Shown: piece after piece, positions 20,542-29,776 of the stretch | Layout: each line of letters starts with the position of its first letter | How positions within the stretch are numbered: the first letter of the stretch is position 1 | Source: Pseudomonadota bacterium | Lineage (GTDB): Bacteria > Pseudomonadota > Alphaproteobacteria > Caulobacterales > Hyphomonadaceae | Length of the DNA: 64,000 bases | Reading direction: 5' to 3' | NCBI GenBank assembly: GCA_039028055.1 | Contig: JBCCIW010000001.1 | Span: 1,166 to 65,165 of the forward strand | Program-made: the position numbers and the translations under genes | The notes under the pieces: model-generated | What the model was told of the DNA's origin: nothing | Database searches by the model: none | The model's input: the letters and a program-made list of their open reading frames with translations, nothing else

Positions 20542-20811
20542 GTGCCAAGGAAGAAGCACATATCAAAGGAAATCGAGGCCGTCATTCAGGAGCTCGAAGA
20601 GCTGGGATGGGACCTTATTGAGGGCAAGGGGCACGCGTGGGGGATCCTCCGATGCCCGGCCAACGATAAGGATTGCCGCTGTGGCGAGTTTTGTCAGATG
20701 TCTGTCTGGTCGACCCCGAAGAATCCACAGCAGTTCGCGAAAAGGATCCGACAGAAGGCTCTGGCCTGCGTGAAGCTTCAGAAGAACGACGAAGGTAATG
20801 CCGATGGCTGA
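20542..20811 (+). CDS. small Cys-rich protein, weakly HicA-like
   Basis: 89 aa. The segment IQELEELGWDLIEGKGHAWGILRCP resembles the HicA L..GW....GKGSH core. This is a weak call. Confidence 0.35.
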   Translation: MPRKKHISKEIEAVIQELEELGWDLIEGKGHAWGILRCPANDKDCRCGEFCQMSVWSTPKNPQQFAKRIRQKALACVKLQKNDEGNADG

Positions 20812-21367
20812 AGAATTCGAATTCGAACTGGTCTTTGCGCTCCCCGACGGAGAGCACGATGCGTTTGCGCTCTCTGACGCGGTCTTCGAGGCGGGTTTTG
20901 AAGATGCGCTCGTGGGCACCGGTCACGCCGGTCTCCTGGGTGTAGAACTGGAACTTGAAGGGGATGAGGCCGAGAGCGCGATCCTTGAAGCGGCGCGGGC
21001 GCTGATCAAGGCGTTGCCGCAGGGCACTGTCCTGCGCGAGGTCCGTCCCGACCTGGTGTCTCTCGCGGATGTCGCCGAGAAGCTCGAGGTGAGGCGACAG
21101 GCGCTCCAGCAGCGCAAGATGCCCCTCCCCGTTGCCGGTGGCCTCTACCGCATCGATGAGATGATCGAGGTTCTGATGGAGGCCTCAAAGCCGGCGAAGG
21201 GGCAGCGTCGTCCGCGCTTTAACCTGGCTTCCGCCGCGAAGTGGTTTCGTGCGGGCCCCGCGGCCCGCAGGGTGAACGCCCAGTTGACGATGCGTGAGAT
21301 CGACCCTGCGACGATTGAGCGAGCCCCTCGACCAGAGAGCGACGATCCTGGTTTTCTTCACCCGTGA
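20798..21367 (+). CDS. acidic N-terminal domain plus putative HTH protein (possible antitoxin partner)
   Basis: 189 aa overlapping the previous gene by 14 nt. HTH-like segment DLVSLADVAEKLEVRRQALQQR. Confidence 0.4.
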   Translation: MPMAEEFEFELVFALPDGEHDAFALSDAVFEAGFEDALVGTGHAGLLGVELELEGDEAESAILEAARALIKALPQGTVLREVRPDLVSLADVAEKLEVRRQALQQRKMPLPVAGGLYRIDEMIEVLMEASKPAKGQRRPRFNLASAAKWFRAGPAARRVNAQLTMREIDPATIERAPRPESDDPGFLHP

Positions 21368-21437
21368 CAATGGTCGATTCCGGGGCGCGGGCACAAGGCG
21401 CCATCGCGGCATGCTTTCGTGTCGCCCGCATGGCGGC

Positions 21438-23462
21438 TTAGCCAAGCCCGAATTTCTCGCCCGCCTCGCTGACTTTTGCTTCCGAACCGGACATCTCCGC
21501 CTCCAACCGCTCGAGATCACTTACGGCGTCCTGTACCCGGACGACATCGTCTTCTGTCGCAGCCTCCACCTCCAGATCTGCCTGCCTCCCGAACTCCATC
21601 TCCAACTGCCGCTGATCGTCCGCAAGGACTGCGGCACGACCGCGCCGAGGCGCTTGAGCCGGACCGGGCTCAATGGGTGCATTCCCTCCGGTTTCCGTAA
21701 GCCCCATCCTGGCCTCGAAATCGCGTTCCGAGAGACCTGACCCACGCGGAGCCGAAGGCATCGCCCGGACACTCAGGGGCAATTCCCCCATCGGAGGGAC
21801 CGGCCCCTTCGGAAACGGCAGCTCCCCCTCCTGCGCCGCGTGGATGCCTTTGAAAAACGGATCCTCGTAGTAGACCACCCGCTTCGCCCGGACCGGCATC
21901 TGCGCGTCCACGACCACCACGATCTCATCAAGCGGCAAACGTCGCGCCTCGTCTTCCGGCAGGAGCGCGACTTCTTCCGTCCGCTCAGACTGGCTGCGGC
22001 CTTCGAACGGGTTCTTGCCGACCGCGCGGGAACGTGTGACCACGGTCTTCGTGGTCTTGCCCACGGCCTTGCTCAACTCCTCGACCGTCTTCTCGTCCGA
22101 GGGCGTAAGGTAGAGCTTGATCCCGGCGTTGCCCTGCAAGGCCCGCCGCGTGTTCTCGCCGTATATTTCATCAATGGCCGGGATGGTCTGGGTCACCACC
22201 GCGAGATGCCCGCGATAGGCGCGCAGCACCTCGATGCTCTCGGCCACGATCGGCATCTTTCCGAGGCGGTTGAACTCGTCGAGCATGATCATGACCGGCC
22301 AGGGCTCGTCGGGGCCCGGCTCCTTGTCCTGCAGGGCGGATAGCAGGTCCGAGAAGAAGAGCCGGATGAGCGGTGCGAGGGGTTTCACCATGAGGGGTTG
22401 GACGACGAGATAGACGCTGAAGGGCTTCTTGCGGATTGTCCGAAAGTCAAAGTCTGAGGTCGCCGTCGCATCGTCGATCGCCGGATTCTGCCACTGATCG
22501 AGGCCCGAGGTCATCAGGAGCGAGACATAGGATGTGAGCGTGTCGTTGTTGGTGGAGGCCAGCCGCGTGAAGATCAGTCGCGCTGCGGCGTTTTGGACCT
22601 CATGGGCGCGCGCGAGATACTCCTTTTGCTTCTGCCCGCCCGAGGCGGCGATGCGGTAGATCTCCCCGAGCGTTGGCCTGCGGCGCTGGAACGCGAGTAG
22701 CCCGGCCGCGACGAAGAGATCGATCCCGCCCTTCAGGAGGCCCTGAACCCGGTCGTTGTCGTTCTGCAGGAAGAGCGTGGCGAGGAGCTGCAACTCCATC
22801 TGCTGGCGCGCCGGGTCCTTGAGCTCGAAGATGCGCAGGAGCGGATTGTAGCGATGCGTGCGCCTGTCCTCCCAGTCGGTCGGCGCGAACCGGAACACCT
22901 CGTCACCCTGCGCCGCCCGGTGGCGGGCCGACGCCTCGAAGCACTCGCCCTTCACATCCAGCACCACCGCCGAGCCCTGCCAGGTCAGGAGGTTCGGAAT
23001 GACGAAGCCGGTGGTCTTGCCGCGCCCGGTTGGGGCCACGATGAGCGCGTGCGGGAAGGTCCGGGAGCAGAGGAACGGTGCACGGGATCCGGGCTTTCCA
23101 AGCTTGCCGATCACAAAGCCCGTGCCCGGCGCGCCGAAGAAGCCGTTCCGCTTCATCTCGCGGCGGGTCTGCCAATGGGTATAGCCGAACCGGGTGAGCG
23201 CCGAGCCCGACATCGCCAGGCTCATCATGAGGCCCGCCACCCCGGCCCCGCCCATGATCAGGTTGATCAGGCGGAAATCATCGGGACGGACGGCCCCGAT
23301 GGCGCGGTAGTTCTGGGCGATATAGAAGAAGTCGATCTCGGCCCGGAAACCCAGGTCCCGGAACGTCACGACGGCCGAGGCGATCACATAGCCGATGGCG
23401 ATCGCCACCAGCGTGACCAGCACCACGCCGAGGGCGAGGCGGCCCTTTCCTACCCCTCCCAT
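21438..23462 (-). CDS. virD4: VirD4/TraG type IV coupling protein
   Basis: N-terminal TM helices, Walker A VAPTGRGKTT and Walker B MIMLDEF. The preferred start is MGGVGKG at 23462, overlapping the relaxase stop (TGATG). Confidence 0.92.
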   Translation of the reverse strand: MGGVGKGRLALGVVLVTLVAIAIGYVIASAVVTFRDLGFRAEIDFFYIAQNYRAIGAVRPDDFRLINLIMGGAGVAGLMMSLAMSGSALTRFGYTHWQTRREMKRNGFFGAPGTGFVIGKLGKPGSRAPFLCSRTFPHALIVAPTGRGKTTGFVIPNLLTWQGSAVVLDVKGECFEASARHRAAQGDEVFRFAPTDWEDRRTHRYNPLLRIFELKDPARQQMELQLLATLFLQNDNDRVQGLLKGGIDLFVAAGLLAFQRRRPTLGEIYRIAASGGQKQKEYLARAHEVQNAAARLIFTRLASTNNDTLTSYVSLLMTSGLDQWQNPAIDDATATSDFDFRTIRKKPFSVYLVVQPLMVKPLAPLIRLFFSDLLSALQDKEPGPDEPWPVMIMLDEFNRLGKMPIVAESIEVLRAYRGHLAVVTQTIPAIDEIYGENTRRALQGNAGIKLYLTPSDEKTVEELSKAVGKTTKTVVTRSRAVGKNPFEGRSQSERTEEVALLPEDEARRLPLDEIVVVVDAQMPVRAKRVVYYEDPFFKGIHAAQEGELPFPKGPVPPMGELPLSVRAMPSAPRGSGLSERDFEARMGLTETGGNAPIEPGPAQAPRRGRAAVLADDQRQLEMEFGRQADLEVEAATEDDVVRVQDAVSDLERLEAEMSGSEAKVSEAGEKFGLG

Positions 23463-25789
23463 CAATGGGTCTCCCCGCGCTCGCACTCGCCGTCGACAAG
23501 ATCGGTGCGGTGGAGCTCGAATTCGCGGTCGGCGATCTCCTCGACCACGGCGCGGGTTGCTTCGCTGTTGGCAGTAGCCGCATCCGATTGCAGATAGGTC
23601 TTGGCGGCATAGAGCCGGTCGAGACGGTCCTCGACCTGGTCCTTCAACACATCGGCATCCCCGTCTCGCAGCCGCTCGATTTGAGCATCGTCAAGCTCCC
23701 GCTCGACGGCATCGCGATAGGCCAGGCGCTGACCGTCATCCTGGAACGGCGACTGCAGATTGCCGGCCCGTTCATGGTCGACGACCCGCCGGATGTCCGG
23801 ATCGGCAATTGGCGCGCCCTCGACAGTTTCTACCTCGCGCGCGTCCGAAAGCAGCCCGTCGCGCAGGTCGAGCGCCACCTCCCGGAGCTCGTTTTCGCGG
23901 CGAACCTGGTCGATGGCCTCGGTGTCACGCAGTTCGGTGACGGCCGCATAGGTCGCGCCAAGCCCGCGGGCGAGATGCGACGGCATATCGAGATAGCGTG
24001 CGCGGAACGCGTCCGTGACGGCGTCCGCAACGGGGGTCCGGGTGTCACGCGCCTCCATGATCCGATCGACATCGCGGGTGATCTCCCGGGCCCGGGCCTC
24101 GTCGGTGATCCGCTCCCGGTAGGGCTCGGACCGGTCGATCACGTCGCCCGGGCGCGCGAGCAGTTCCGGATGCGCATTGATGTAGCTCCGCTGCTCCTCC
24201 TCGATACGCCGCTCCGCCCGGGAGGCGATCTCCCACTCTCGCGCCTCGATCTGGTCTCCGGTCAGACCTTCCGAACGCATGTCCTGGCGGATCGCGCGCT
24301 CCATGTCCTCAGTGGCGTCCCGATGATAATGGACCCGCTCCATGATGGTGCGATCTTCCACGACACCGTCTTCGCGCAGGACCCCTGCCCGCTCCAGTGC
24401 GACGCCGAGCTGGACATGGGCCCGGTTGAGGGTCTCGCGCGCCGTCTCCAGATCCGCGCGACGCTCGAGGTTGAGACCGTCCCTCTCGGCCACCCGCGCC
24501 AGATCGTCGGCGATCCATTGCCGCTCGAGCGCGGCGTTCTGCGCGCCGGCTTCCATCCGGGCGACCACCACGGACGAACTGATCCCGGTCCCGCGCAGCG
24601 CGGTATCGACCTGCGCCCGCACCTCGGGGTCACGCAAGCGGTCGAGCCGGGCCGCATCGATATTGGTCTCGGAATAGACCCCGCCCTCCGATGGCTTCTC
24701 GGTCAATGTCATGGAGCGCAGCCCCAAGGGTTGCATATGGGCCAGCCTAGACTGGATCTCGTTGAGGCTACGCTCGAGCCTCGGCCGTTCGGCCTCCGGC
24801 TTCGCATCAATCATGCCCTGGACGCGCGCGACCTGATCGGCATAACGGGTCCGCAGATCCTCGAACGATTGCTCCTCTGCCATGTAGATGCCTCCTTCCA
24901 AAGTCAGCTTGCCGCCCTTGGCCAGAAGCTCTCCTGAGCGGAACAGGGCATCGGCGATGTCCTCTCGGTTGTCCGCAGAGGCCTCGGCGGCAAGTGAGTG
25001 GTAGATGATCCGGGTGTTTGCGATCTCTTCCAGAGCGCGATCCAAGTCTGCTCCGACCCGTGGCCGCGGCTCCGTGGCCCGCCCCTCGTCCTTCGCCGCA
25101 TAGACCTCGCGGGTGCGCGGCGGGTAGTGCACGACACCTCGGTCGAGCCGCCGCGTGGCCTCCAGACGCACGCCGAACCTCTCGGCCTCCTCGACCATGG
25201 CGAGGCGGAAATCGTCGTAGTTGAAGCGGTGGTCCCGACCCAGGAAGAAGAACTCGCCCTCCTGGGAACGGCGGTTCAAGACTATATGTGCGTGAGGGTG
25301 ATCGCGATCCTCATGCACCGCGATGATGTAGTCGAAATGCCCCTCTTCGGACTGAAAGAACCGCTCCGCCACATTGGCGGTGATGTCGCGCACATCCTCG
25401 CCCCGGGTGCCGATCGGATAGGACATGAGCATATGGGTGGTCTGTCCGAGCTTGGGTTTGAACCCCGCACTCCAGCGCTTGGAGAAGCGGTCGGTCAGGT
25501 CCTTGATCTCCGTCGCCTCGAGCTTTGTCTTCCCGTCCAGGAAGCCGCTGGAATCCACAATATGGGAGGACTTCGTGGTGAGGTAATCGAGCTGGTTCAT
25601 GAGCTGCGATTTGGTATGCGTGCCCCCGCCCCGGATCGCCTTGAAGACCGCCGCACGGTGACCGGCGGCGGCCCGCACGAGCTGCCTCTGCCGGGACGCC
25701 TGCAGCCCCTGCATCGAGCCCCGGATCCGGCTCCAGCCATCCCGGAAGATCTCTCCGGTGACGTCATGGACGGCATCATTCAGCCGCAT
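23462..25789 (-). CDS. MobA/VirD2-family relaxase with long C-terminal helical extension
   Basis: 775 aa. The relaxase histidine triad HEDRDHPHAHIVLNR lies in the N-terminal roughly 250 aa. Confidence 0.9.
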   Translation of the reverse strand: MRLNDAVHDVTGEIFRDGWSRIRGSMQGLQASRQRQLVRAAAGHRAAVFKAIRGGGTHTKSQLMNQLDYLTTKSSHIVDSSGFLDGKTKLEATEIKDLTDRFSKRWSAGFKPKLGQTTHMLMSYPIGTRGEDVRDITANVAERFFQSEEGHFDYIIAVHEDRDHPHAHIVLNRRSQEGEFFFLGRDHRFNYDDFRLAMVEEAERFGVRLEATRRLDRGVVHYPPRTREVYAAKDEGRATEPRPRVGADLDRALEEIANTRIIYHSLAAEASADNREDIADALFRSGELLAKGGKLTLEGGIYMAEEQSFEDLRTRYADQVARVQGMIDAKPEAERPRLERSLNEIQSRLAHMQPLGLRSMTLTEKPSEGGVYSETNIDAARLDRLRDPEVRAQVDTALRGTGISSSVVVARMEAGAQNAALERQWIADDLARVAERDGLNLERRADLETARETLNRAHVQLGVALERAGVLREDGVVEDRTIMERVHYHRDATEDMERAIRQDMRSEGLTGDQIEAREWEIASRAERRIEEEQRSYINAHPELLARPGDVIDRSEPYRERITDEARAREITRDVDRIMEARDTRTPVADAVTDAFRARYLDMPSHLARGLGATYAAVTELRDTEAIDQVRRENELREVALDLRDGLLSDAREVETVEGAPIADPDIRRVVDHERAGNLQSPFQDDGQRLAYRDAVERELDDAQIERLRDGDADVLKDQVEDRLDRLYAAKTYLQSDAATANSEATRAVVEEIADREFELHRTDLVDGECERGETH

Positions 25790-26369
25790 GGGCGAACTCC
25801 CTCAGCGCAGCGGTCGCGACAAGCCGCATCCCGTCCCGGCGGCGGCGCAGCAGCAGGTCGATCTCATCAGCGGAATCAAGGATGAACCGCGCCAGCCCAC
25901 GCATCTGCGCGAGGCGCAATTCGGACAACTCTGCGTTAGGTGCGGAGCCTTCCCCCTGCCCCGCCCGGCCGGCTTTCATCATCTGCTTGGCGATCTGCAC
26001 CACGCCGTTGCCGATCTCATGCAGGGAGGCCCGGTAACGCGCCATCTCAGCCGCCAGCTGAGCATCCGGAACGAAGGTTCCCCCCGCCGCCTGGATGAGC
26101 CGCCGGACCCCCTCCGTGCGGGTCTCGATCCCCGCCGCGGCCAGGACCTCATCCAGCGCCCCAAGCTCCTCAGGAGTCAGCTTCACCGTCACGGCGGCGG
26201 TCGCCACGGCCGCATCCTTCTGGCGTTCTTCGTCCGCCTTCAACGTGTACTGGATGGCCCGCGGCGTGACCCCGAACCGCTCCGCGAGCACCGAAGTCCC
26301 CACACCTTCTCCAGCCTCACGGATAATCTCCGCTCGCTCCGTCCGTGTCAGTCTCTTGGTCCGGCTCAT
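25776..26369 (-). CDS. relaxosome accessory protein (N-terminal HTH, MobC-like C-terminus)
   Basis: 197 aa. HTH segment TERAEIIREAGEGVGTSVLAERFGVTPRAIQY. It lies immediately upstream of the relaxase and overlaps it. Confidence 0.6.
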   Translation of the reverse strand: MSRTKRLTRTERAEIIREAGEGVGTSVLAERFGVTPRAIQYTLKADEERQKDAAVATAAVTVKLTPEELGALDEVLAAAGIETRTEGVRRLIQAAGGTFVPDAQLAAEMARYRASLHEIGNGVVQIAKQMMKAGRAGQGEGSAPNAELSELRLAQMRGLARFILDSADEIDLLLRRRRDGMRLVATAALREFAHAAE

Positions 26370-26402
26370 GCGAAGAAAGCCCCCCTATTTCCTGCCACCT
26401 TC

Positions 26403-26486
26403 ATTCAAGGTCGCCCCCCATCATACGAAACTATATGTAACGGTCAATGCAATATTATTGTAGATTGCCCCCGGGCGACCTTGAAT
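26403..26486. promoter_or_regulatory. candidate oriT: 14-bp perfect inverted repeat flanking an AT-rich core
   Basis: ATTCAAGGTCGCCC (26403-26416) and GGGCGACCTTGAAT (26473-26486) flank a 56-bp AT-rich spacer, directly upstream of the mobC-like/relaxase operon. Confidence 0.4.
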
Positions 26487-26898
26487 TCCGCTTCGAGCCG
26501 AGCACCGCAGGTGCGAGGCCCGGCCCGAAGGGCCCAGCAACACCGACCATCTCCAACCGCACACCAACCGCCTTTTTTCATGCCCGCGCCCGAGGTTCAG
26601 GCCGAACACGCAAGTGTTCGGACGGAAGCGAGGGGCGGCGCATCTTCTCACCGACGGGGCTGACGGACAGGGTCAAGGGCGGCCAGATTTGGCTCGGCCC
26701 AAATCTCTGCCGGAAAAACCGGCGGGCGCAGCCCGACTGTTATTCCGGATGGCCCCCTTGAGGCTGGCCGGCAGACCTGTTCCAGGCGATCTCTCATATC
26801 CCCTGCCAGGACCGCGCACGGTCCTGACACCTTCCCGGGGACACCTGCCGAAGGCAGGGGTTCCCGGTCTTGGCGCAGCCTTCCCTGGAACAGGGAAA

Positions 26899-26918
26899 GG
26901 GCCGCCCGTGGGCGGCCC
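26899..26918 (-). terminator. GC hairpin downstream of the 26934..27140 gene
   Basis: GGGCCGCCC-GT-GGGCGGCCC, followed on the minus strand by TTTCCCTG. Confidence 0.4.
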
Positions 26919-26933
26919 ATCCTTTAGGGAGGA

Positions 26934-27140
26934 TTACTCCTGCGGTTCCTTGGAGCTCGGCGGGAACATCACCAGCTCCTGGACCGCGACGGGGAAGTCG
27001 AGCTTGAGGCTGAAGAACTCCGAGCCGTCCCCGTTGCGGGTGTTGCGGAACATCGCGCCGACGCGCTGGAAGCGGGTGCGCTCCTGACCTTCGTTGTCGG
27101 TGAACTTGACGGGAACGGTGGCGACGTAGTGGTTGGTCAT
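26934..27140 (-). CDS. small conserved-looking protein, weakly DUF736-like
   Basis: 68 aa with RBS AAGGAGAGACCC. The segment FQRVGAMFRNTRNGDGSEFFSLKLDF resembles the RIG.AW....G..Y.S.K.D core of the DUF736 protein at 36392..37120. Confidence 0.45.
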   Translation of the reverse strand: MTNHYVATVPVKFTDNEGQERTRFQRVGAMFRNTRNGDGSEFFSLKLDFPVAVQELVMFPPSSKEPQE

Positions 27141-27868
27141 TTGGGTCTCTCCTTTTTGCGATGGGGATCACCCGGCACGGGGGACAAGGGAGGTCCGCAA
27201 ACGCAAATGCGGAGGGTCCGCGCGCTTGCCGCGTGGAAACCGTATTTGTGTTTGCCGGAGCGAAGCGGAGGGGACGGACCGCCCGACCCCGTGCGATCCA
27301 CATCTATGAGCAAAGAGGGGAGACCCAAATGTGCACCCCGCTCCTCAGCCGCCATCGGTCCTGTCGAGTTATGTGAGACGTGACAAGGTCCGCGCCGCTT
27401 TCATCCAACGTGCCGGTGCGGTGTTCCGGCCAGGCCCAATCGGAACGATCGCGATCGTCTGCCTCAAGCTCAGCGTCCCCGTCGCCGGTCTGGCGATCCG
27501 GGGCGGTGATACAGCCGCGGGTCTGGCAGCAGGGTTGTCCGCCCAGACGGGTCGCCGCCATCGGGCGGCGCGGTTGCTGCGCTGCGCCCGCCCCAGCGAT
27601 CTACACCCGGACGGGCGGATCGCGGGGTTTCTGGCGCGCATGAGGGCAACCCCGCCGGCTGGCTCCGTCAGGAGACCGCCGCCGGGGCATGCCACTCAGC
27701 GTGGCCAGAGGCCTCGTGTTCCGGGTGGAGGCCGGCACGGCCGGAACCTGCGAGCGTGGTGACGGCGGTGCAACCGCCGGCAGGGGCCCGTCTTGACCGG
27801 CGACCGATCACAACCGACCTTCATGTCATCTGAGTCTGACTGAGGAACCACAGACAGTTGAATAGCGC

Positions 27869-27904
27869 AGCAGTCCCGCCCGGCCCGGGCCGGGCGGGAC
27901 TGCT
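27869..27904. terminator. perfect about 17-bp GC-rich palindromic hairpin
   Basis: AGCAGTCCCGCCCGGCC/GGCCGGGCGGGACTGCT lies about 90 nt downstream of the 27994..28239 gene. There is no clear U-tract on either strand. Confidence 0.35.
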
Positions 27905-27993
27905 CTCGTGGACAGTGTCGCAGTCGTCGAGTGCGTGGAAGGTTTCGAGAGAGGGATCACCGGGCAACGGGTCCGCCCGGTGAAAGGCTTTCT

Positions 27994-28239
27994 TCAGGCG
28001 AAGAGAGACACGCTGAGGTTCCCGCAATGCGCACAGACCTCGCGCCAATGGAAGTTGACACTCCCGCCATCGATGGTCTCCCAATCGGTCCGCGACGCGT
28101 CTTTTCCGCAGGCGGTGCGGGGGACGACATGGCCGCCATTATCGTGATGGTCCTTCCCGGTGGCCGTTCCGGGCGGCGACGTGCCCGTGCGGTCGCAATG
28201 TCGGCAAAGGTCGTCCTCGGTCTTGTTCTCGTCGGTCAT
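27994..28239 (-). CDS. small CxxC...CxxC (zinc-ribbon-like) protein
   Basis: 81 aa with high GC3. CRHC near the N-terminus and CAHC near the C-terminus. Preceded by repeat copy A. Confidence 0.4.
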   Translation of the reverse strand: MTDENKTEDDLCRHCDRTGTSPPGTATGKDHHDNGGHVVPRTACGKDASRTDWETIDGGSVNFHWREVCAHCGNLSVSLFA

Positions 28240-28253
28240 GATCTCATCTTCAG

Positions 28254-28727
28254 ATGTTCAGGGAACCACCACGTGAGTGTGGTGGCATGGCCGAATGCCT
28301 GGTTGCCGAAACTGTCCGGGTCAGGGACGGCGCAGCCGCCGGCGTGCCGGGCGCAAAAGTTTTCTGGGCGCATCGCTCACCGCAAGCATGGCATCGAACC
28401 CCGGACCGCCCTCTCCACCCACGCCGCCCTCGCCGAAAAGTTTTGCGATCCTTGACGCGGGCGGATTCGGGGGCCATCCGGAGGATATGCTTCCGCACTC
28501 ATGTGTGTGATTGACGGCAGGTTAGCCCGACACAAGCAGACAAAGGGCGCTGCCCGGACGCGGGAGGCGCATGGAGCGGCGGGATCGTTTTGCCCCGCAA
28601 AACAGACCGGAGCGCAATCCGGCGGAGCGGCCGGGGAGCGACCTGCTCGCGAGACGGGCAAACCGGATCCTCAGGTGCCACGCCGCGGTGAGGCCGAATG
28701 GCCGAATGCGCGATCGGCCTCAGGCCG
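28254..28727. repeat. about 475-bp structured non-coding repeat, copy A (5' leader/promoter region of 27994..28239)
   Basis: Long identical blocks are shared with copy B: ggaaccaccacgtgagtgtggtggcatggccg, gggggccatccggaggatatgcttccgcactcatgtgtgtg and atggagcggcgggatcgttttgccccgcaaaacagaccggagcg. Confidence 0.85.
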
Positions 28728-28832
28728 ATATCTCCACCGTGACTTGGCTTACTGTGCGGGGGAAGGCCGCCAGCTTATGGACAGGCCGATGGAAACGACG
28801 AAAGGGCCGCGCCGCGCGCGACCCTCTCTCAT

Positions 28833-29762
28833 TCACTCGGCTGCCGTCTTCTTAGCCGGATCGGCGACCCGCATCACCGTCAGGCCTTTGGCTTCCGCCT
28901 TCTGCCCGAGGTTGAGCGCAACCCCGTTGCCGCCGAATAGCACGACCCCGGTCGCGGCGAACTTGTCGTCCAGCATCTCGTCGTTACACTTGAAGGGGGC
29001 CGCCCGCCCATGCGCGGACCAGCGCGGATCGAAGCGCGCCTGCGCGACGCCACGCGCCCGAGCCCACCGGGCGGCGATCATCTCGGCCCCATGCTTGCCA
29101 CCCTTGTGGCAGAGGAAGATCTCCTGGTTGCGGTTCTGCTTGATCCGCTCGCGAACCTTGTCGAGTGTCGAGAAGATGACGTTGATATCAGTCCAGTCGG
29201 TCGCCCCCGAGACGATCAGAGGGACCCCCTCGACCTTCGACTTCGCGGCGGTTTCGCGATCATGTTGCTCCAACAGCTGCCGGGCCTCAAACACGGCCCC
29301 GGTCTCCTGAGCGCGAGCGCTGGCCCGCGATCCCGCTGCCGGGATGAAGGCGTGGCCGGTCTCGACCTCGTAGCATTCCGCCGCCGCCTCGCTCATCACC
29401 TCGATGGCCCCGACGATCTCGCGAACCTGCAGGAAGCGGGCCTGCGCCTCTTCGAGCGCAGTCTCGGCGATCTCCGATCCATCATGGGATTTTGCCAGGG
29501 CGCCGATCTTGTCTGCGGTGCGGTCGAGCTCCTTGCCGAGAGCGATCTTGCGGCGCTGCAGGATCGTGGCGAGCCCGTGCGCCAGAGGTTCGATCTCGGC
29601 TTCGAGACCGGTGCCGCGCAGCTGGCCGAGCAGGGCCTCGAAACTCTCGCGGACGATGCTGTCGGTCAGGATATGATCGTCGGGGATCGGCAGCTCCGCG
29701 CCCTTCTCCGTGAGGCCGAAAAGTTCGATGGTATCGTAGGCGTTCGTGTTCTCGTAGGTCAT
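28833..29762 (-). CDS. DUF2493 (SLOG/YspA-like) C-terminal domain protein
   Basis: Preferred start MTYENTN (ATG at 29762, RBS GGAGA). The C-terminus VPLIVSGATDWTD...EIFLCHKGGKHGAEMIAARWA...VVLFGGNGVALNL resembles DUF2493 (from memory). Confidence 0.65.
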   Translation of the reverse strand: MTYENTNAYDTIELFGLTEKGAELPIPDDHILTDSIVRESFEALLGQLRGTGLEAEIEPLAHGLATILQRRKIALGKELDRTADKIGALAKSHDGSEIAETALEEAQARFLQVREIVGAIEVMSEAAAECYEVETGHAFIPAAGSRASARAQETGAVFEARQLLEQHDRETAAKSKVEGVPLIVSGATDWTDINVIFSTLDKVRERIKQNRNQEIFLCHKGGKHGAEMIAARWARARGVAQARFDPRWSAHGRAAPFKCNDEMLDDKFAATGVVLFGGNGVALNLGQKAEAKGLTVMRVADPAKKTAAE

Positions 29763-29776
29763 GTTGGTGTCTCCAA

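Noticed and set aside
26614-27087. ORFs 26614..27087 (+), 26648..26920 (-) and 26794..27303 (-) near oriT
   Set aside because: The translations are Arg/Pro/Gly-rich. They overlap the better-supported 26934..27140 gene and the terminator hairpin, and they have no RBS.
28254-29310. ORFs inside and next to the repeats (28254..28514, 28277..28510, 28377..28661, 28501..29310, 29777..29989, 30025..30303 and others), including a shared MSAEAYPPDGP... peptide
   Set aside because: Indels between copies A and B shift every frame. Substitutions in the shared peptide are a mix of synonymous and radical changes. There is no RBS, and the composition is typical of GC-rich non-coding DNA. A tiny conserved uORF cannot be fully excluded.
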